A DNA stretch of 64,000 bases, taken from assembly GCA_046570105.1 (NCBI GenBank), contig JBKHVI010000007.1:1-64000 (forward strand). The letters are read 5' to 3'. Of the stretch, positions 1-9,125 are shown piece by piece. Position 1 is the first letter of the stretch, and each line of letters opens with the position of its first letter. Under the pieces are notes generated by a model. The model did no database searches. It worked only from the letters and a program-made list of their open reading frames with translations, and was not told the DNA's origin. The position numbers and the translations under genes are program-made. This stretch comes from Bacteriovoracia bacterium. Lineage in GTDB: Bacteria; Bdellovibrionota; Bacteriovoracia; Bacteriovoracales; Bacteriovoracaceae.

Positions 1-805
1 CTTTTTTTATTCCAGGAGAAAGTTCATTACCTGAATCACGTGTGGCCAATGAGCGAATGTAGAACTGATCAAAGGTCGCTGAACCGAGACGAATACGATC
101 GCCCAAAAGGGCACCCTGATTTTTTTTCTTAGAAGGATCAACGCTCACAAGAGCGAGTTTGAGATCAGGATGAGTGCGATGAAAACGCAATAACAGCTCA
201 TCGATAAGTGAAGATTTACCAGCACCACCGGTACCAGTAATACCAAGAACAGGTACAGCTTTCACGTTTACCGAGAATGGAAGTTCATTGCGATCTTCAA
301 TATAGGTAATTGTCTTGGCCGTTTCAAAGGGAGTGAGAAGTGATTTTGCTCCAAGGGCCTTCCAATCAACTTCAGCTAACACGTCATGATCGGCCAACTT
401 TATCATGTCTTCGATAATTCCATTGAGGCCTAATGAAGTACCTTCAGCTGGTCCATAAATTCGAGTGATACCTCGCTTGTGAAGTTCAGTAGCTTCAGGA
501 GGAGTAATAACACCACCGCCACCGCCAAACACACGCACCTTTTGTGCTCCCGCCTCATTCAAAAGCTCGCGCACATAGGTGAAGTACTCCATGTGTCCGC
601 CCTGATATGAACTCAAAGCAATAGCATGGGCGTCTTCCATCAATGCAGCGTCTACCACTTCCTTAGCCGAACGGTTATGGCCCAGATGAATGACCTCAAC
701 CCCCTTAGATTGGAGCAATCGCCGCATGATGTTGATCGAGGCATCGTGGCCGTCGAACAAACTGGCAGCTGTAACAAAACGTAGAGGACGAGAAGCGTTT
801 GACAT
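1..805 (-). CDS. icmF: Fused isobutyryl-CoA mutase/MeaB-type GTPase IcmF, 5' part (runs off window start)
   Basis: Translated by hand from ATG at 805: MSNASRPLRFVTAASLFDGHDASINIMRRLLQSKGVEVIHLGHNRS (B12-binding DxHxx motif), SSYQGGH, then G-domain GITGTGGAGKSSLIDE. Not in the ORF track because it is truncated. Confidence 0.92.
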   Translation of the reverse strand, partial: MSNASRPLRFVTAASLFDGHDASINIMRRLLQSKGVEVIHLGHNRSAKEVVDAALMEDAHAIALSSYQGGHMEYFTYVRELLNEAGAQKVRVFGGGGGVITPPEATELHKRGITRIYGPAEGTSLGLNGIIEDMIKLADHDVLAEVDWKALGAKSLLTPFETAKTITYIEDRNELPFSVNVKAVPVLGITGTGGAGKSSLIDELLLRFHRTHPDLKLALVSVDPSKKKNQGALLGDRIRLGSATFDQFYIRSLATRDSGNELSPGIKK

Positions 806-907
806 AACACACCGTAAATACTAGGTTTTCAAGATATAAGTAAGCCCGTCGATGCTAGCATAAAAGATGATGTTAATGCTATAATCACAGGGTTAACCGA
901 GGAATGT

Positions 908-1285
908 ATGAGCGACATCAAAGTAGAAAATCCATCTCACCCCGCACGCTTTAAGCCTGTGCGTAAGGGTAAGAAGCCACCAAAGCTTCTCGCAGTTGTG
1001 CATCAGAGCGGATGTACTGGTTGTGAAGTTTGTATCGCGGGTTGCCCTGTAGATTCAATCGAACTTGTTCCTGGACCAGATCCAAAGAATCCATCTTTCC
1101 AACAAATGGTCGAGATTGATCTCGCTCGTTGTATCGGTTGCCAAAACTGTTCTCAAGACTGTCCTTGGGAAACCATCACCATGTATCAGCACGACGATGC
1201 CTTCACTGCTTGGGGCAATGAAACGATTGCGTCGCAACTATATGTTGATCCAGCTGACGAAAAGAAAGACGAAGAAATTGCTTAG
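908..1285 (+). CDS. 4Fe-4S dicluster ferredoxin (RnfB C-terminal-like)
   Basis: Two CxxCxxCxxxCP motifs (CTGCEVCIAGCP, CIGCQNCSQDCP); GAGGA RBS; TGcTATAAT extended -10 upstream. Confidence 0.85.
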   Translation: MSDIKVENPSHPARFKPVRKGKKPPKLLAVVHQSGCTGCEVCIAGCPVDSIELVPGPDPKNPSFQQMVEIDLARCIGCQNCSQDCPWETITMYQHDDAFTAWGNETIASQLYVDPADEKKDEEIA

Positions 1286-1320
1286 AAAAAATGAAGGCCC
1301 CAAAAGGGGCCTTTCCTTTT
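1286..1320. terminator. Probable bidirectional intrinsic terminator
   Basis: Hairpin AAGGCCCC-aaaa-GGGGCCTT (1294-1313) flanked by A and T tracts between convergent genes. Confidence 0.75.
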
Positions 1321-1891
1321 AGAGATTAAGTGGAATAGAGAGAGAGAGCATATAGGCAGCGACTTTTAATCCGGTATCATCATCTGACTTAAGCCCTGTG
1401 GCACCATCCATCACTTCAGCTGTTGAATAATCAATTGTACGCATCTCAAAGTTAATATCCACAAACGGAAGGCCGGTAAAACCAATACCGAATTTGGGAC
1501 CAGTACCTTTGCTGTATTCAAACGTGTCGATCATGTCATCATCTGTGTCGAGAATTTTCAACTTATCACTTGAAGCAGAGAAGACATATCCAGCATAAAT
1601 GCGAAAGAAAACGGGGAACTCAAAACCTACGAATGCACCAAATTCGTTTGTCTTAAAATCGTTCTCAGCATTATCGATTTTGCTATCCATCGTGCTATTC
1701 AGATAATCGATGCCAAGTTGTAAGCCGAGGTACTGATAGCCTAAGCGGCCACCAAAAGCTGAACCTGAACCACCTGAATCATCATCAAATTTTGAAATGA
1801 CGTTATAGCCGAGAACGGGCTCGATTAATAAACCCGCGTGAGCTGTGAAAGTAACGGAAATAAGAGCAATAAGTGCGACGACAAATTTCAT
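1319..1891 (-). CDS. Small outer-membrane beta-barrel protein
   Basis: Signal peptide ending AHA; alternating amphipathic strands (FGGRLGYQY, LGIDY, FVGFEFP); terminal strand YMLSLSIPLNL; AGGAGG RBS. Confidence 0.7.
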   Translation of the reverse strand: MKFVVALIALISVTFTAHAGLLIEPVLGYNVISKFDDDSGGSGSAFGGRLGYQYLGLQLGIDYLNSTMDSKIDNAENDFKTNEFGAFVGFEFPVFFRIYAGYVFSASSDKLKILDTDDDMIDTFEYSKGTGPKFGIGFTGLPFVDINFEMRTIDYSTAEVMDGATGLKSDDDTGLKVAAYMLSLSIPLNL

Positions 1892-1957
1892 GGGGCCTCC
1901 TTGCGACCAGGGTCAAATTCTCCTCTAGTACAAGTGTAAGGCCCCTAAGGATTTAGA

Positions 1958-3160
1958 TCACGGTTTTTTCAACCTACCAACCAAGTCACTTATTGGAACA
2001 AGTACAACATCCTTACCTTCGGCACCCGTTTTCAAGGCAATATGCCCCTCAGGCACCTCAGTTACCGTCTCACTGGCAATACTTCTGCCCAATGACGTTT
2101 CACGAGTCTGGGCAATCACTTCCCCAGGCATGGCCAAAACTTGACCGAGAGTACCTCGACCAAACAGGATCAAATCCCCTTCGCTGAGTGCATGTTTGCA
2201 GTCCACGCAGTTAAAACGATTGTCCACCACAATCGTTTTACCTGATCGCAGCTGATAAGCTGATGAACCGCTTTTCAGTTTTGTGACTGAGAAAAGATTC
2301 AAATCAGTTTTCACTACGAACGCCATTAGTGCAGTACACGTCACAAGCTGTAAGAACTTCGCACGCTGAAGAATTTGATCTTCTTTTTGCATGTCACGAA
2401 GTTTTTTACCACTCTCCATTTGCTTTTCAACCATTCGGTCGAACACAAGCTTCTTCAGTAGTACTGACCACACAAAAGCGCATGTGATCGTCATAAACAT
2501 TGCATACATACCCAAGCGGAAAAAATAGAGTCCTTTAGAATGAATGATCACATCTTGAGTTTGGTATTGATAGCCAGCCACCAATACAACCAGCGGGACG
2601 ATCACCCAATTAATCACATCGAGGAAACGATGGCGGAAGAACCATTCCTTACGTTTTTCGTGGTGATCATATTGAACAAGTTTAAGTCTAAATTCCTCGT
2701 AAACGGCAGGCGACTCAACCAATTCTGGACGCTGTTTGGCTAACCCTTCCCAAAGATAATCAGGTCTCTCGAGTGCAGCACTAAACCACCAACTATGACC
2801 GTCATTCATACGGAAACGCATCAGTGAAAAAAATGGACGATCCACTTTTTTAATATCGTTAAATGAAATATCCCAATTCATATCACCGGAAGTAACTCGC
2901 ACATGATCGTGAAAAACTTGAACTGTGCGCGTGAGCTTAGGATGCAACCACCAAAGATAAAAAGCTGGAATCAGTAATGATAAAGCTGAAAAGCTATAGA
3001 GTTCTTCTTTCATCTCTAGCGAGGACTCACCTTTTTGCAACAGAAGCATGGCAACGACGCCCACACAAAGTAGCCATACAACGGCACAGGCGATGGCGTA
3101 CCACTTATAATAGAAGCGATAGGGTAATGTGCGCGGGGGACGAGTTTCTAAATTTTCCAA
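1958..3160 (-). CDS. Multi-TM membrane protein with a bPH-like loop and a C-terminal degenerate signal peptidase I (S26)-like domain
   Basis: About 5 TM segments; C-terminal GDLILF..LGQVLAMPGE..VPEGH..VPISDLVGR resembles LepB boxes C/D/E without the catalytic Lys. Start moved from TTG 3205 to TTG 3160 because of an AGGAG RBS and a promoter overlapping 3205. Confidence 0.6.
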   Translation of the reverse strand: MENLETRPPRTLPYRFYYKWYAIACAVVWLLCVGVVAMLLLQKGESSLEMKEELYSFSALSLLIPAFYLWWLHPKLTRTVQVFHDHVRVTSGDMNWDISFNDIKKVDRPFFSLMRFRMNDGHSWWFSAALERPDYLWEGLAKQRPELVESPAVYEEFRLKLVQYDHHEKRKEWFFRHRFLDVINWVIVPLVVLVAGYQYQTQDVIIHSKGLYFFRLGMYAMFMTITCAFVWSVLLKKLVFDRMVEKQMESGKKLRDMQKEDQILQRAKFLQLVTCTALMAFVVKTDLNLFSVTKLKSGSSAYQLRSGKTIVVDNRFNCVDCKHALSEGDLILFGRGTLGQVLAMPGEVIAQTRETSLGRSIASETVTEVPEGHIALKTGAEGKDVVLVPISDLVGRLKKP

Positions 3161-3185
3161 TCCAAGCACTCCTGGTTTTTGAGAC

Positions 3186-3212
3186 CTATCGGAGTTTGGG
3201 AGCAAAACTTGA
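3186..3212 (-). promoter_or_regulatory. sigma28/FliA-like promoter
   Basis: TCAAG-N15-CCGATAG on the minus strand. Confidence 0.65.
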
Positions 3213-3217
3213 TTAGA

Positions 3218-3946
3218 TTAGTTTTTTTGATGTAATTTCTGACGTTTAGCTATCAAGAGAAGGACACCTATCCCTATCATGCCTAAGGATACCCATTGGG
3301 AGGAACTCTGGCCCCCCATAAGACCTCTCAGCTCATCGCCCCTGAACCATTCAAGCGTCCAACGAAGAACTCCGTAGCCTAGCAGGTAATTAATGAGGAG
3401 ACGCTGATCCCACTTCTTTTCAAGAAGCCAGGCAAGTCCCGCAAGACCTATGGCCTCATAGAGTTGAACTGGATGTCTATCATGTCCATGTAAATGAATG
3501 GCCCATGGAACAGACGCTTCAATCCCATAGCAACAACCTGCAAGGAAGCAACCAATCCTACCCACAGCATGTGCCCACAGAAGTGGTATTAGGGTGAATT
3601 GCATTCGTTGAGCACTCAGATTTGGAACTATCAAGCCAAGCAATAACGTGAAAAGTGCTCCACCTAAAAAGCCACCCAAGAAAACAAAACCACCGCCTAA
3701 CCAAAAGTTACTCGCTTGAATGAGTTCACTAGTACTCCAGCGATCTTGGGTGAGAATGAATAAGACTTTGGCCCCAATCCAACTGGAAATAAAAAGTCCG
3801 GCCATCCAAAGTACAAAATGTTTGCGAGAAAGATTGGCGGGTAAGCGAGCCTCAGCTAGGCGGAAACCAATTCCCCATGCCAAACCGATAAAGAGTGGGT
3901 ATGAGAAAATTTGGGTGCCCTGCCAATCAATCAGCAAGGGCCACAT
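3218..3946 (-). CDS. lgt: Prolipoprotein diacylglyceryl transferase family protein (GCCYG subtype)
   Basis: Motifs GRIGCFLAGCCYG, HPVQLYE, RWTLEWFRGD; multi-TM; overlaps the lspA stop. Confidence 0.8.
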   Translation of the reverse strand: MWPLLIDWQGTQIFSYPLFIGLAWGIGFRLAEARLPANLSRKHFVLWMAGLFISSWIGAKVLFILTQDRWSTSELIQASNFWLGGGFVFLGGFLGGALFTLLLGLIVPNLSAQRMQFTLIPLLWAHAVGRIGCFLAGCCYGIEASVPWAIHLHGHDRHPVQLYEAIGLAGLAWLLEKKWDQRLLINYLLGYGVLRWTLEWFRGDELRGLMGGQSSSQWVSLGMIGIGVLLLIAKRQKLHQKN

Positions 3947-4464
3947 TAGCTATTTGACTCGGAAGTTTGTTCAGGATTTTCTTTTTTCTTTTTTAACTGC
4001 CAAAGCATGTCACCAATCAACAGGAAGGCCGCAATTGTGATGCAACTGTCAGCGACATTGAATGCCGGGAAATCATGCTGGCGATAATAGAAGAGGAAAA
4101 AGTCGACGACATAACCAAGAGTGTAGCGATCGATTAAATTTCCAATCGCACCGGCCAAAATTAAAGCGTAGGCCATCGACATATGAAAGGGGCCCTTAAT
4201 CGTTTTGATAAGCATGAAAGCCACCCAGCCAGAAAAAAGCGTGGGAACTAAAAGAAACATAAATTGACGAAAGAGTGGGCTGGCCTGTCCACCCATGCCA
4301 AAAGCTGCGCCTGGATTTTTAACAAATGTTAGGCTGAAGAATCCTTCAATCACAGCGATCGTTTCACCTTCATAGCGAAACGTACTTTGAGTCCAACCCT
4401 TTGTGAGCTGATCGATAATGATCAGAAAACAAATCAATACGAGAAGCTTCCAAAAGCGTGCCAT
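3946..4464 (-). CDS. lspA: Lipoprotein signal peptidase II
   Basis: DQLTK, NPGAAFG, GAIGNLIDR, VVDF, FNVADS motifs all intact. Confidence 0.95.
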   Translation of the reverse strand: MARFWKLLVLICFLIIIDQLTKGWTQSTFRYEGETIAVIEGFFSLTFVKNPGAAFGMGGQASPLFRQFMFLLVPTLFSGWVAFMLIKTIKGPFHMSMAYALILAGAIGNLIDRYTLGYVVDFFLFYYRQHDFPAFNVADSCITIAAFLLIGDMLWQLKKKKENPEQTSESNS

Positions 4465-5985
4465 CTAGTAATAGTCCTTAGGATTGATTTCGTACTTCTC
4501 AATTTTTCGAAGCAATGTTTTCTTCGGTATGTTCGCATTAAGGGCCGTTTGATTGATACGACCTTTATTAAGTTTCAATGCTTGAACGATAAACTCACGC
4601 TCAAAGCTATCTTTGGCGACTGCAAAATCTAGTTTTCCACCATCACCATGGCGAACACCGAAAGAGAATTGCACTTCACCAACACTTTGCTGTGCGCCCA
4701 TTCCTGTCGCTGGTGATGGTGCATCAAGCACAGAGTCTTTGATCGACTGCAAATCGATCATGGTCTCTTCTGACCCACTCTCTTTTTCTTCTTTTACAGA
4801 GCTACCCTTGAATGCTTGTGAAGGTAGAGCCGAAACTCCGATGAGTTCTCCAGACTCCATGATAAAGCAGTGCTCAACCACATTTCGTAGTTCACGAATG
4901 TTTCCAGGGAAACCGTAGTTAGTTAAAACCTCTGTTGCTTCAGGAGTGAAACCCTTGATCTGAAGGCTATGTAAATTATTGAAGTAATCCACATAGTGTT
5001 GAAGCAAATGAGGAATATCGCTCTTGCGCTCACGGAGTGGTGGAAGATAAACCGGCAAAACATTCAAGCGATAGAACAAGTCTTCGCGGAACGAGCCATC
5101 TTTAATCATTTCTTCAAATGGTTTGTGGCTGGCAGCGATGATACGGGCATCTACTTTAATTTCTCGGTTCGAACCAACCGGCGTGAAGCTCTTTTCTTGC
5201 AGCACTCGCAAAAGCTTTACTTGCATCGCAGGAGAGATATCTCCAATTTCATCCAAGAAGAGCGTACCACCGTCTGCATATTGGAATTTGCCAATCTTTC
5301 TCTCGGTCGCTCCAGTAAAAGCACCTTTCTCGTGACCGAAGAGTTCACTCTCAATCAAGTTCTCAGGGACTGCACCACAGTTGAGGGTAACAAATTTTTC
5401 ATCTTTACGAGGGCCGTTGAAGTGAATCGCTTTCGCAACTAGCTCTTTACCTGTTCCCGATTCACCACGAATCAAAACTGGTGTATTCACTTTCGCAAGT
5501 TTACTAATAACGTCGAATACCTTCTTCATGGAATTCGATTCACCAACAAACTTATCGCTTGTTGGGCTGACGCCCTCACCAACAGATATAAGTGGCGCAG
5601 AGAATGCAGTTGTTTCTACCAATGAGCGCGCTTTGAGTGCTCGCTTAATAAGTGCGACTAGGTTTTCACCACTAATAGGCTTTTCAAGATAGTTGTAAGC
5701 ACCTTCTTTAACCGCTTTGACCGCATCAGTGACATTTGAATAAGCGGTTAAGATCAATACGATCATCGCAGGATCGTGCTTTTTGATTTCAGTAAGGGCC
5801 TGGATGCCATCCATCTCTGGCATGTTTACGTCCATCACAACAAGATCGTACTTGTCGCGATAAACTTTTGAGACGGCCTCTTTGCCATTATCAGCAACTT
5901 CCACAACGAAGTGATGGAACTCCAATGCCTGACGTACAGACTGCTGAAGAACTTTATCGTCGTCGACTACTAAGACCTTGTGCAT
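4465..5985 (-). CDS. sigma54-dependent NtrC-family response regulator (REC-AAA+-HTH)
   Basis: REC domain (VVDDD, MDVNMP, KP), GESGTGKE, ELFGHEKGAFTGA, LFLDEIG, FREDLFYRL, Fis-type HTH. ATG 5985 preferred (AGGAG RBS) over 6003. Confidence 0.93.
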   Translation of the reverse strand: MHKVLVVDDDKVLQQSVRQALEFHHFVVEVADNGKEAVSKVYRDKYDLVVMDVNMPEMDGIQALTEIKKHDPAMIVLILTAYSNVTDAVKAVKEGAYNYLEKPISGENLVALIKRALKARSLVETTAFSAPLISVGEGVSPTSDKFVGESNSMKKVFDVISKLAKVNTPVLIRGESGTGKELVAKAIHFNGPRKDEKFVTLNCGAVPENLIESELFGHEKGAFTGATERKIGKFQYADGGTLFLDEIGDISPAMQVKLLRVLQEKSFTPVGSNREIKVDARIIAASHKPFEEMIKDGSFREDLFYRLNVLPVYLPPLRERKSDIPHLLQHYVDYFNNLHSLQIKGFTPEATEVLTNYGFPGNIRELRNVVEHCFIMESGELIGVSALPSQAFKGSSVKEEKESGSEETMIDLQSIKDSVLDAPSPATGMGAQQSVGEVQFSFGVRHGDGGKLDFAVAKDSFEREFIVQALKLNKGRINQTALNANIPKKTLLRKIEKYEINPKDYY

Positions 5986-5995
5986 GACAGGGCTC

Positions 5996-7876
5996 CTATT
6001 CATTTTTAAGCTTAACGGTGAAAGCCGTTCCTACACCCAAAGTTGATGTAGCGGTGATCGTGCCGTTGTGAAGCTCGATAAAATATTTTACCAGATAAAG
6101 TCCTAAGCCAGAACCCTTGATAGCGTGGGTCGAGTCGTTTTTCACTCGATAGAACTTATCAAATATATGAGATAAGTCGTCAGGTTTAATACCTACCCCA
6201 TTATCTCTGATCTCGACGTAAACCCACTGCGGATCGTCCCAAGTTTTAATGCTGATCGTCTTACCAGCGCCTGCGTATTTGATGGCATTTTCAACCAAGT
6301 TAGAGACAACGCGATTCATTAAGACGGAATCCACTTGAATTGGATAAAGCGGGGCCAACTGCGTTTCAAGTTCCATAGATTGAGCTTCCGCTTCAAATCG
6401 CAACTTCTCAACGATGCCTTCAATCAATTTGTTAATGTCTTTGTTTTCTTTTTTAAGCGTCAGGTTCTGACTTTCAATCTTTGTAAGGTCCAAAATTGAA
6501 GTGATGAAATTATTCAGTTCCTTGGTCGCCTGAACAACGTTATCTAGCAACTGACGTTGGGGCGGTGTATTTTCATACTGAAGACGCAAGATATCTGCAA
6601 TGCCTGCGATTTTAGCTACAGGTGTTTTTAGGTCATGACTCATAAGCGAAATGAAGTTCTGTTTTAGGTTATCAACCTGCTTCAAAAGCTTTGCTTCTTC
6701 TTGGATAGCATAGCGAGTTTGGTATTCCTCAATCGCTCTAAACGGTACCCAAATATAATAAACAACAAAAATTCCCAAGATGATGTGCGAAAGCTTAAAC
6801 CACCAGCCAGGGATTACAAAAAATAAATAACCAAAGGCAAATGTACTCAACATTAGAGTGATTGTGATCAGTAGACCTTTAGTAGGCTGAACACGTGAAA
6901 TAAAAAAGGACAACAGCACGGCGATTAACACTGAAAGTATTTGGGTCAAAATATCAGGAACAGGTGAAAGTGTTCTACCCGTTGAAAGTGCTTCGATAAT
7001 GTTTGCATGAACAGCAAGCTTCGGGCTCTTGGCTTCTTCTTTGGTGAAAGGTGTCAGCGCGAAATCATCAGGATTGGAAATATACTGTGTACCCACGAGT
7101 ACTAATTTATTTTTAAAATAACCTTCGGGATAATTTCCAGTGACCACGCGATGAAAAGGAATCATGGTGTATTTTTCAGAATCAACTGGCGCCTGCGTGT
7201 ATTTAAACATGGCAAAGGTCGCATCAGCTTCAGCGTTGTAAGTTGCTCCCGGAAAACTATTAGCGTCTCGTTTTGGTTCGCCTTGCGACTCTCGCCACTT
7301 ATTGGCCATCCACAAGTGGAAAGAGTCTTCTCCTGAGATATTGAGTGAGGCCCTTCGAATGACGGCATCACGAGCAAAAACTTGGTTGTCTTGGTAAAGG
7401 AACGCTGTCGAGTACCCAAGCGGGCGCAGCTCTTCAACTGGCAACACCTCACCAAACATCATTTCAAACTTAGTACCAAATCGAAAAAAGCCTTTCTTGT
7501 TTTTTTGAAATTCTTGAACTGTGGTTAAGAGCTCATCCATATAGCGCTCTTCGACCAAGGATTCAGGCTCAGTTTCAAGAGGAACCAGATACCCTACACC
7601 TTGGGGAGAATCTGCGAGTACTTTACTGAGAAGTCGGTAATGACTGGCGTATGTATAAGGATATGTTTCTCCTAAGAACTGATCACTTTCTTCATCCATC
7701 ACCACCATGACTATTTTTGTTTGCGGAGTTGAGAAGATGTCGAAGCGTGCCCACAAATCGTAAAAAATCGCATCTAACGAGAAGAAGGAATATTGGATTA
7801 ATATCAAGATGAAAACGACGGTAAAAAACAAGGGATACAGACTCGAGTACTCGAGATGTCTTAAGCGTTTAAACAT
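5996..7876 (-). CDS. CHASE2-domain sensor histidine kinase
   Basis: N-terminal TM, CHASE2-like extracytoplasmic domain (FKNKLVLVG, AVHANIIEAL), 3 TMs, H-box SHDLKTP, NLVENAIKY, DNGVGI, GSGLGL. Start 7876 is coupled to the upstream stop (ATGTTTAA). Confidence 0.9.
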   Translation of the reverse strand: MFKRLRHLEYSSLYPLFFTVVFILILIQYSFFSLDAIFYDLWARFDIFSTPQTKIVMVVMDEESDQFLGETYPYTYASHYRLLSKVLADSPQGVGYLVPLETEPESLVEERYMDELLTTVQEFQKNKKGFFRFGTKFEMMFGEVLPVEELRPLGYSTAFLYQDNQVFARDAVIRRASLNISGEDSFHLWMANKWRESQGEPKRDANSFPGATYNAEADATFAMFKYTQAPVDSEKYTMIPFHRVVTGNYPEGYFKNKLVLVGTQYISNPDDFALTPFTKEEAKSPKLAVHANIIEALSTGRTLSPVPDILTQILSVLIAVLLSFFISRVQPTKGLLITITLMLSTFAFGYLFFVIPGWWFKLSHIILGIFVVYYIWVPFRAIEEYQTRYAIQEEAKLLKQVDNLKQNFISLMSHDLKTPVAKIAGIADILRLQYENTPPQRQLLDNVVQATKELNNFITSILDLTKIESQNLTLKKENKDINKLIEGIVEKLRFEAEAQSMELETQLAPLYPIQVDSVLMNRVVSNLVENAIKYAGAGKTISIKTWDDPQWVYVEIRDNGVGIKPDDLSHIFDKFYRVKNDSTHAIKGSGLGLYLVKYFIELHNGTITATSTLGVGTAFTVKLKNE

Positions 7877-8675
7877 GGGATTGTTCCAATTTAAAAACAC
7901 TCATGAGATCCAGAGGATGACCAGCTCCTTCAATTGCGAGGATCATCTGTTGAGCCGCGGAATGATTGGCGGCAAAGAATCGATATTTAAACACGCGAGC
8001 CGAACTCTGATCTAGGTTAGGTTGATCTAACTTCGCGTTGAGTTCGCGTAACCGTAATTCTTCTAGGGGGTATGTCGCTAAGCTGGTTAGAAATTTCTTC
8101 CAAAGATAGCGCGGCATTAAGATCCGAAAAATAAACCCAGCGACTGGTGCGACAAAAAATTGTACTAACCAGCCGGCCGTGCGCGGAACATAGTCTCTAA
8201 GGCCTAGCAATTTCAAAGCCGGTGCCCAAATAACAGAAAGTAGCAACAACGCCATTGTGTGGCGACGAGCGAGCGCCTCATGCACTTCCAATGAAAGTCC
8301 AAAAAACAAAGCTTCCATTTCATCTTCACGGGCCAATTGAAGCGCCTTCTTATCAATCACAAAGACCACTCTCTGACCTGCGACGAAAGCAAAAGCACGA
8401 TGAAAGAATCCGCTGTAGCTATAAATCCTTGGATTGGTGATCTTAAATTTATGCGCTTGCGCCCGGGCCATGCGATAGGCCTCCGGATAATCTGTCTCAA
8501 TTGTTTCTCTGGCCTGTAGGTAATGGAGCAGAAATTTATCAGGGTAGATATTGAGTAGCAGCCAAAGTCCTAAGCCTGCCAAACCTAGTGGAAGGGCCAA
8601 AATAAGCGGAAATGAAACCCCAATGAGGGCCCAAAAAAGCAGCAAAAATGTAGCAAGTAGAAGACGAGCTAGCAT
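7869..8675 (-). CDS. HtpX/M48-like membrane protein lacking the HExxH zinc motif (pseudoprotease)
   Basis: Two N-terminal TMs; PDKFLL..ARE..YPEAYRM..PRIY..AFAF..DEMEALFFGLSLE aligns by eye with HtpX SDK..ARE..PELY..PKVY..NAFA..EELEGVLAHELAH; C-terminal HP. Confidence 0.6.
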   Translation of the reverse strand: MLARLLLATFLLLFWALIGVSFPLILALPLGLAGLGLWLLLNIYPDKFLLHYLQARETIETDYPEAYRMARAQAHKFKITNPRIYSYSGFFHRAFAFVAGQRVVFVIDKKALQLAREDEMEALFFGLSLEVHEALARRHTMALLLLSVIWAPALKLLGLRDYVPRTAGWLVQFFVAPVAGFIFRILMPRYLWKKFLTSLATYPLEELRLRELNAKLDQPNLDQSSARVFKYRFFAANHSAAQQMILAIEGAGHPLDLMSVFKLEQSHV

Positions 8676-8856
8676 GTAAAAAACGTCCTAGTTTTGGCAG
8701 CTTGTCTCATTCTATCCGAGCTGGCTTAGGCCTGCATTACTTTCTTACACTGACAAGGCTTTCCGTTGGACTTCCATCCGGGTCCGGGCTATAAGTCCCC
8801 CCACTTGAACCTGGAGAATTCCTCAAGGAAAAGAGGATAAGTTATTGCGATGCAGC

Positions 8857-9105
8857 ATGAGTACTGAATTGGATAAGGATATACGGGAAGCCCAAGAAGC
8901 TTTGCAAGACTGGAAGCGCCCCGCCTTGGCCGATGATGTTTTGATTTGCGAGTGTTATTGCGTAAGTGTTTTGGATATCCGCCAAACCTGTAGCCCAGAC
9001 GCCCAAATCAACCTCGATCTGCTACGTGAGAAATATGGTTTAGGAAGCGGTTGTGGCCGCTGTGTTAAAGAGATTAATGAGTGGAAGAATTTGATATTTA
9101 GGTGA
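8857..9105 (+). CDS. BFD-like [2Fe-2S]-binding protein
   Basis: ICECYCVS...GLGSGCGRC (Cx C-x~30-CxxC); ATG 8857 preferred to TTG 8845. Confidence 0.75.
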   Translation: MSTELDKDIREAQEALQDWKRPALADDVLICECYCVSVLDIRQTCSPDAQINLDLLREKYGLGSGCGRCVKEINEWKNLIFR

Positions 9106-9125
9106 CACGATAGAAGGAGCTTACC

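Noticed and set aside
4613..5442. Long antisense ORFs opposite the NtrC gene (likewise opposite apbC, ychF, hutU, ligA)
   Set aside because: Shadow ORFs of conserved genes with no motifs
8760..8856. Possible riboswitch in the bfd-nfo leader
   Set aside because: Only a small TCCTC/GAGGA hairpin; no recognisable aptamer consensus
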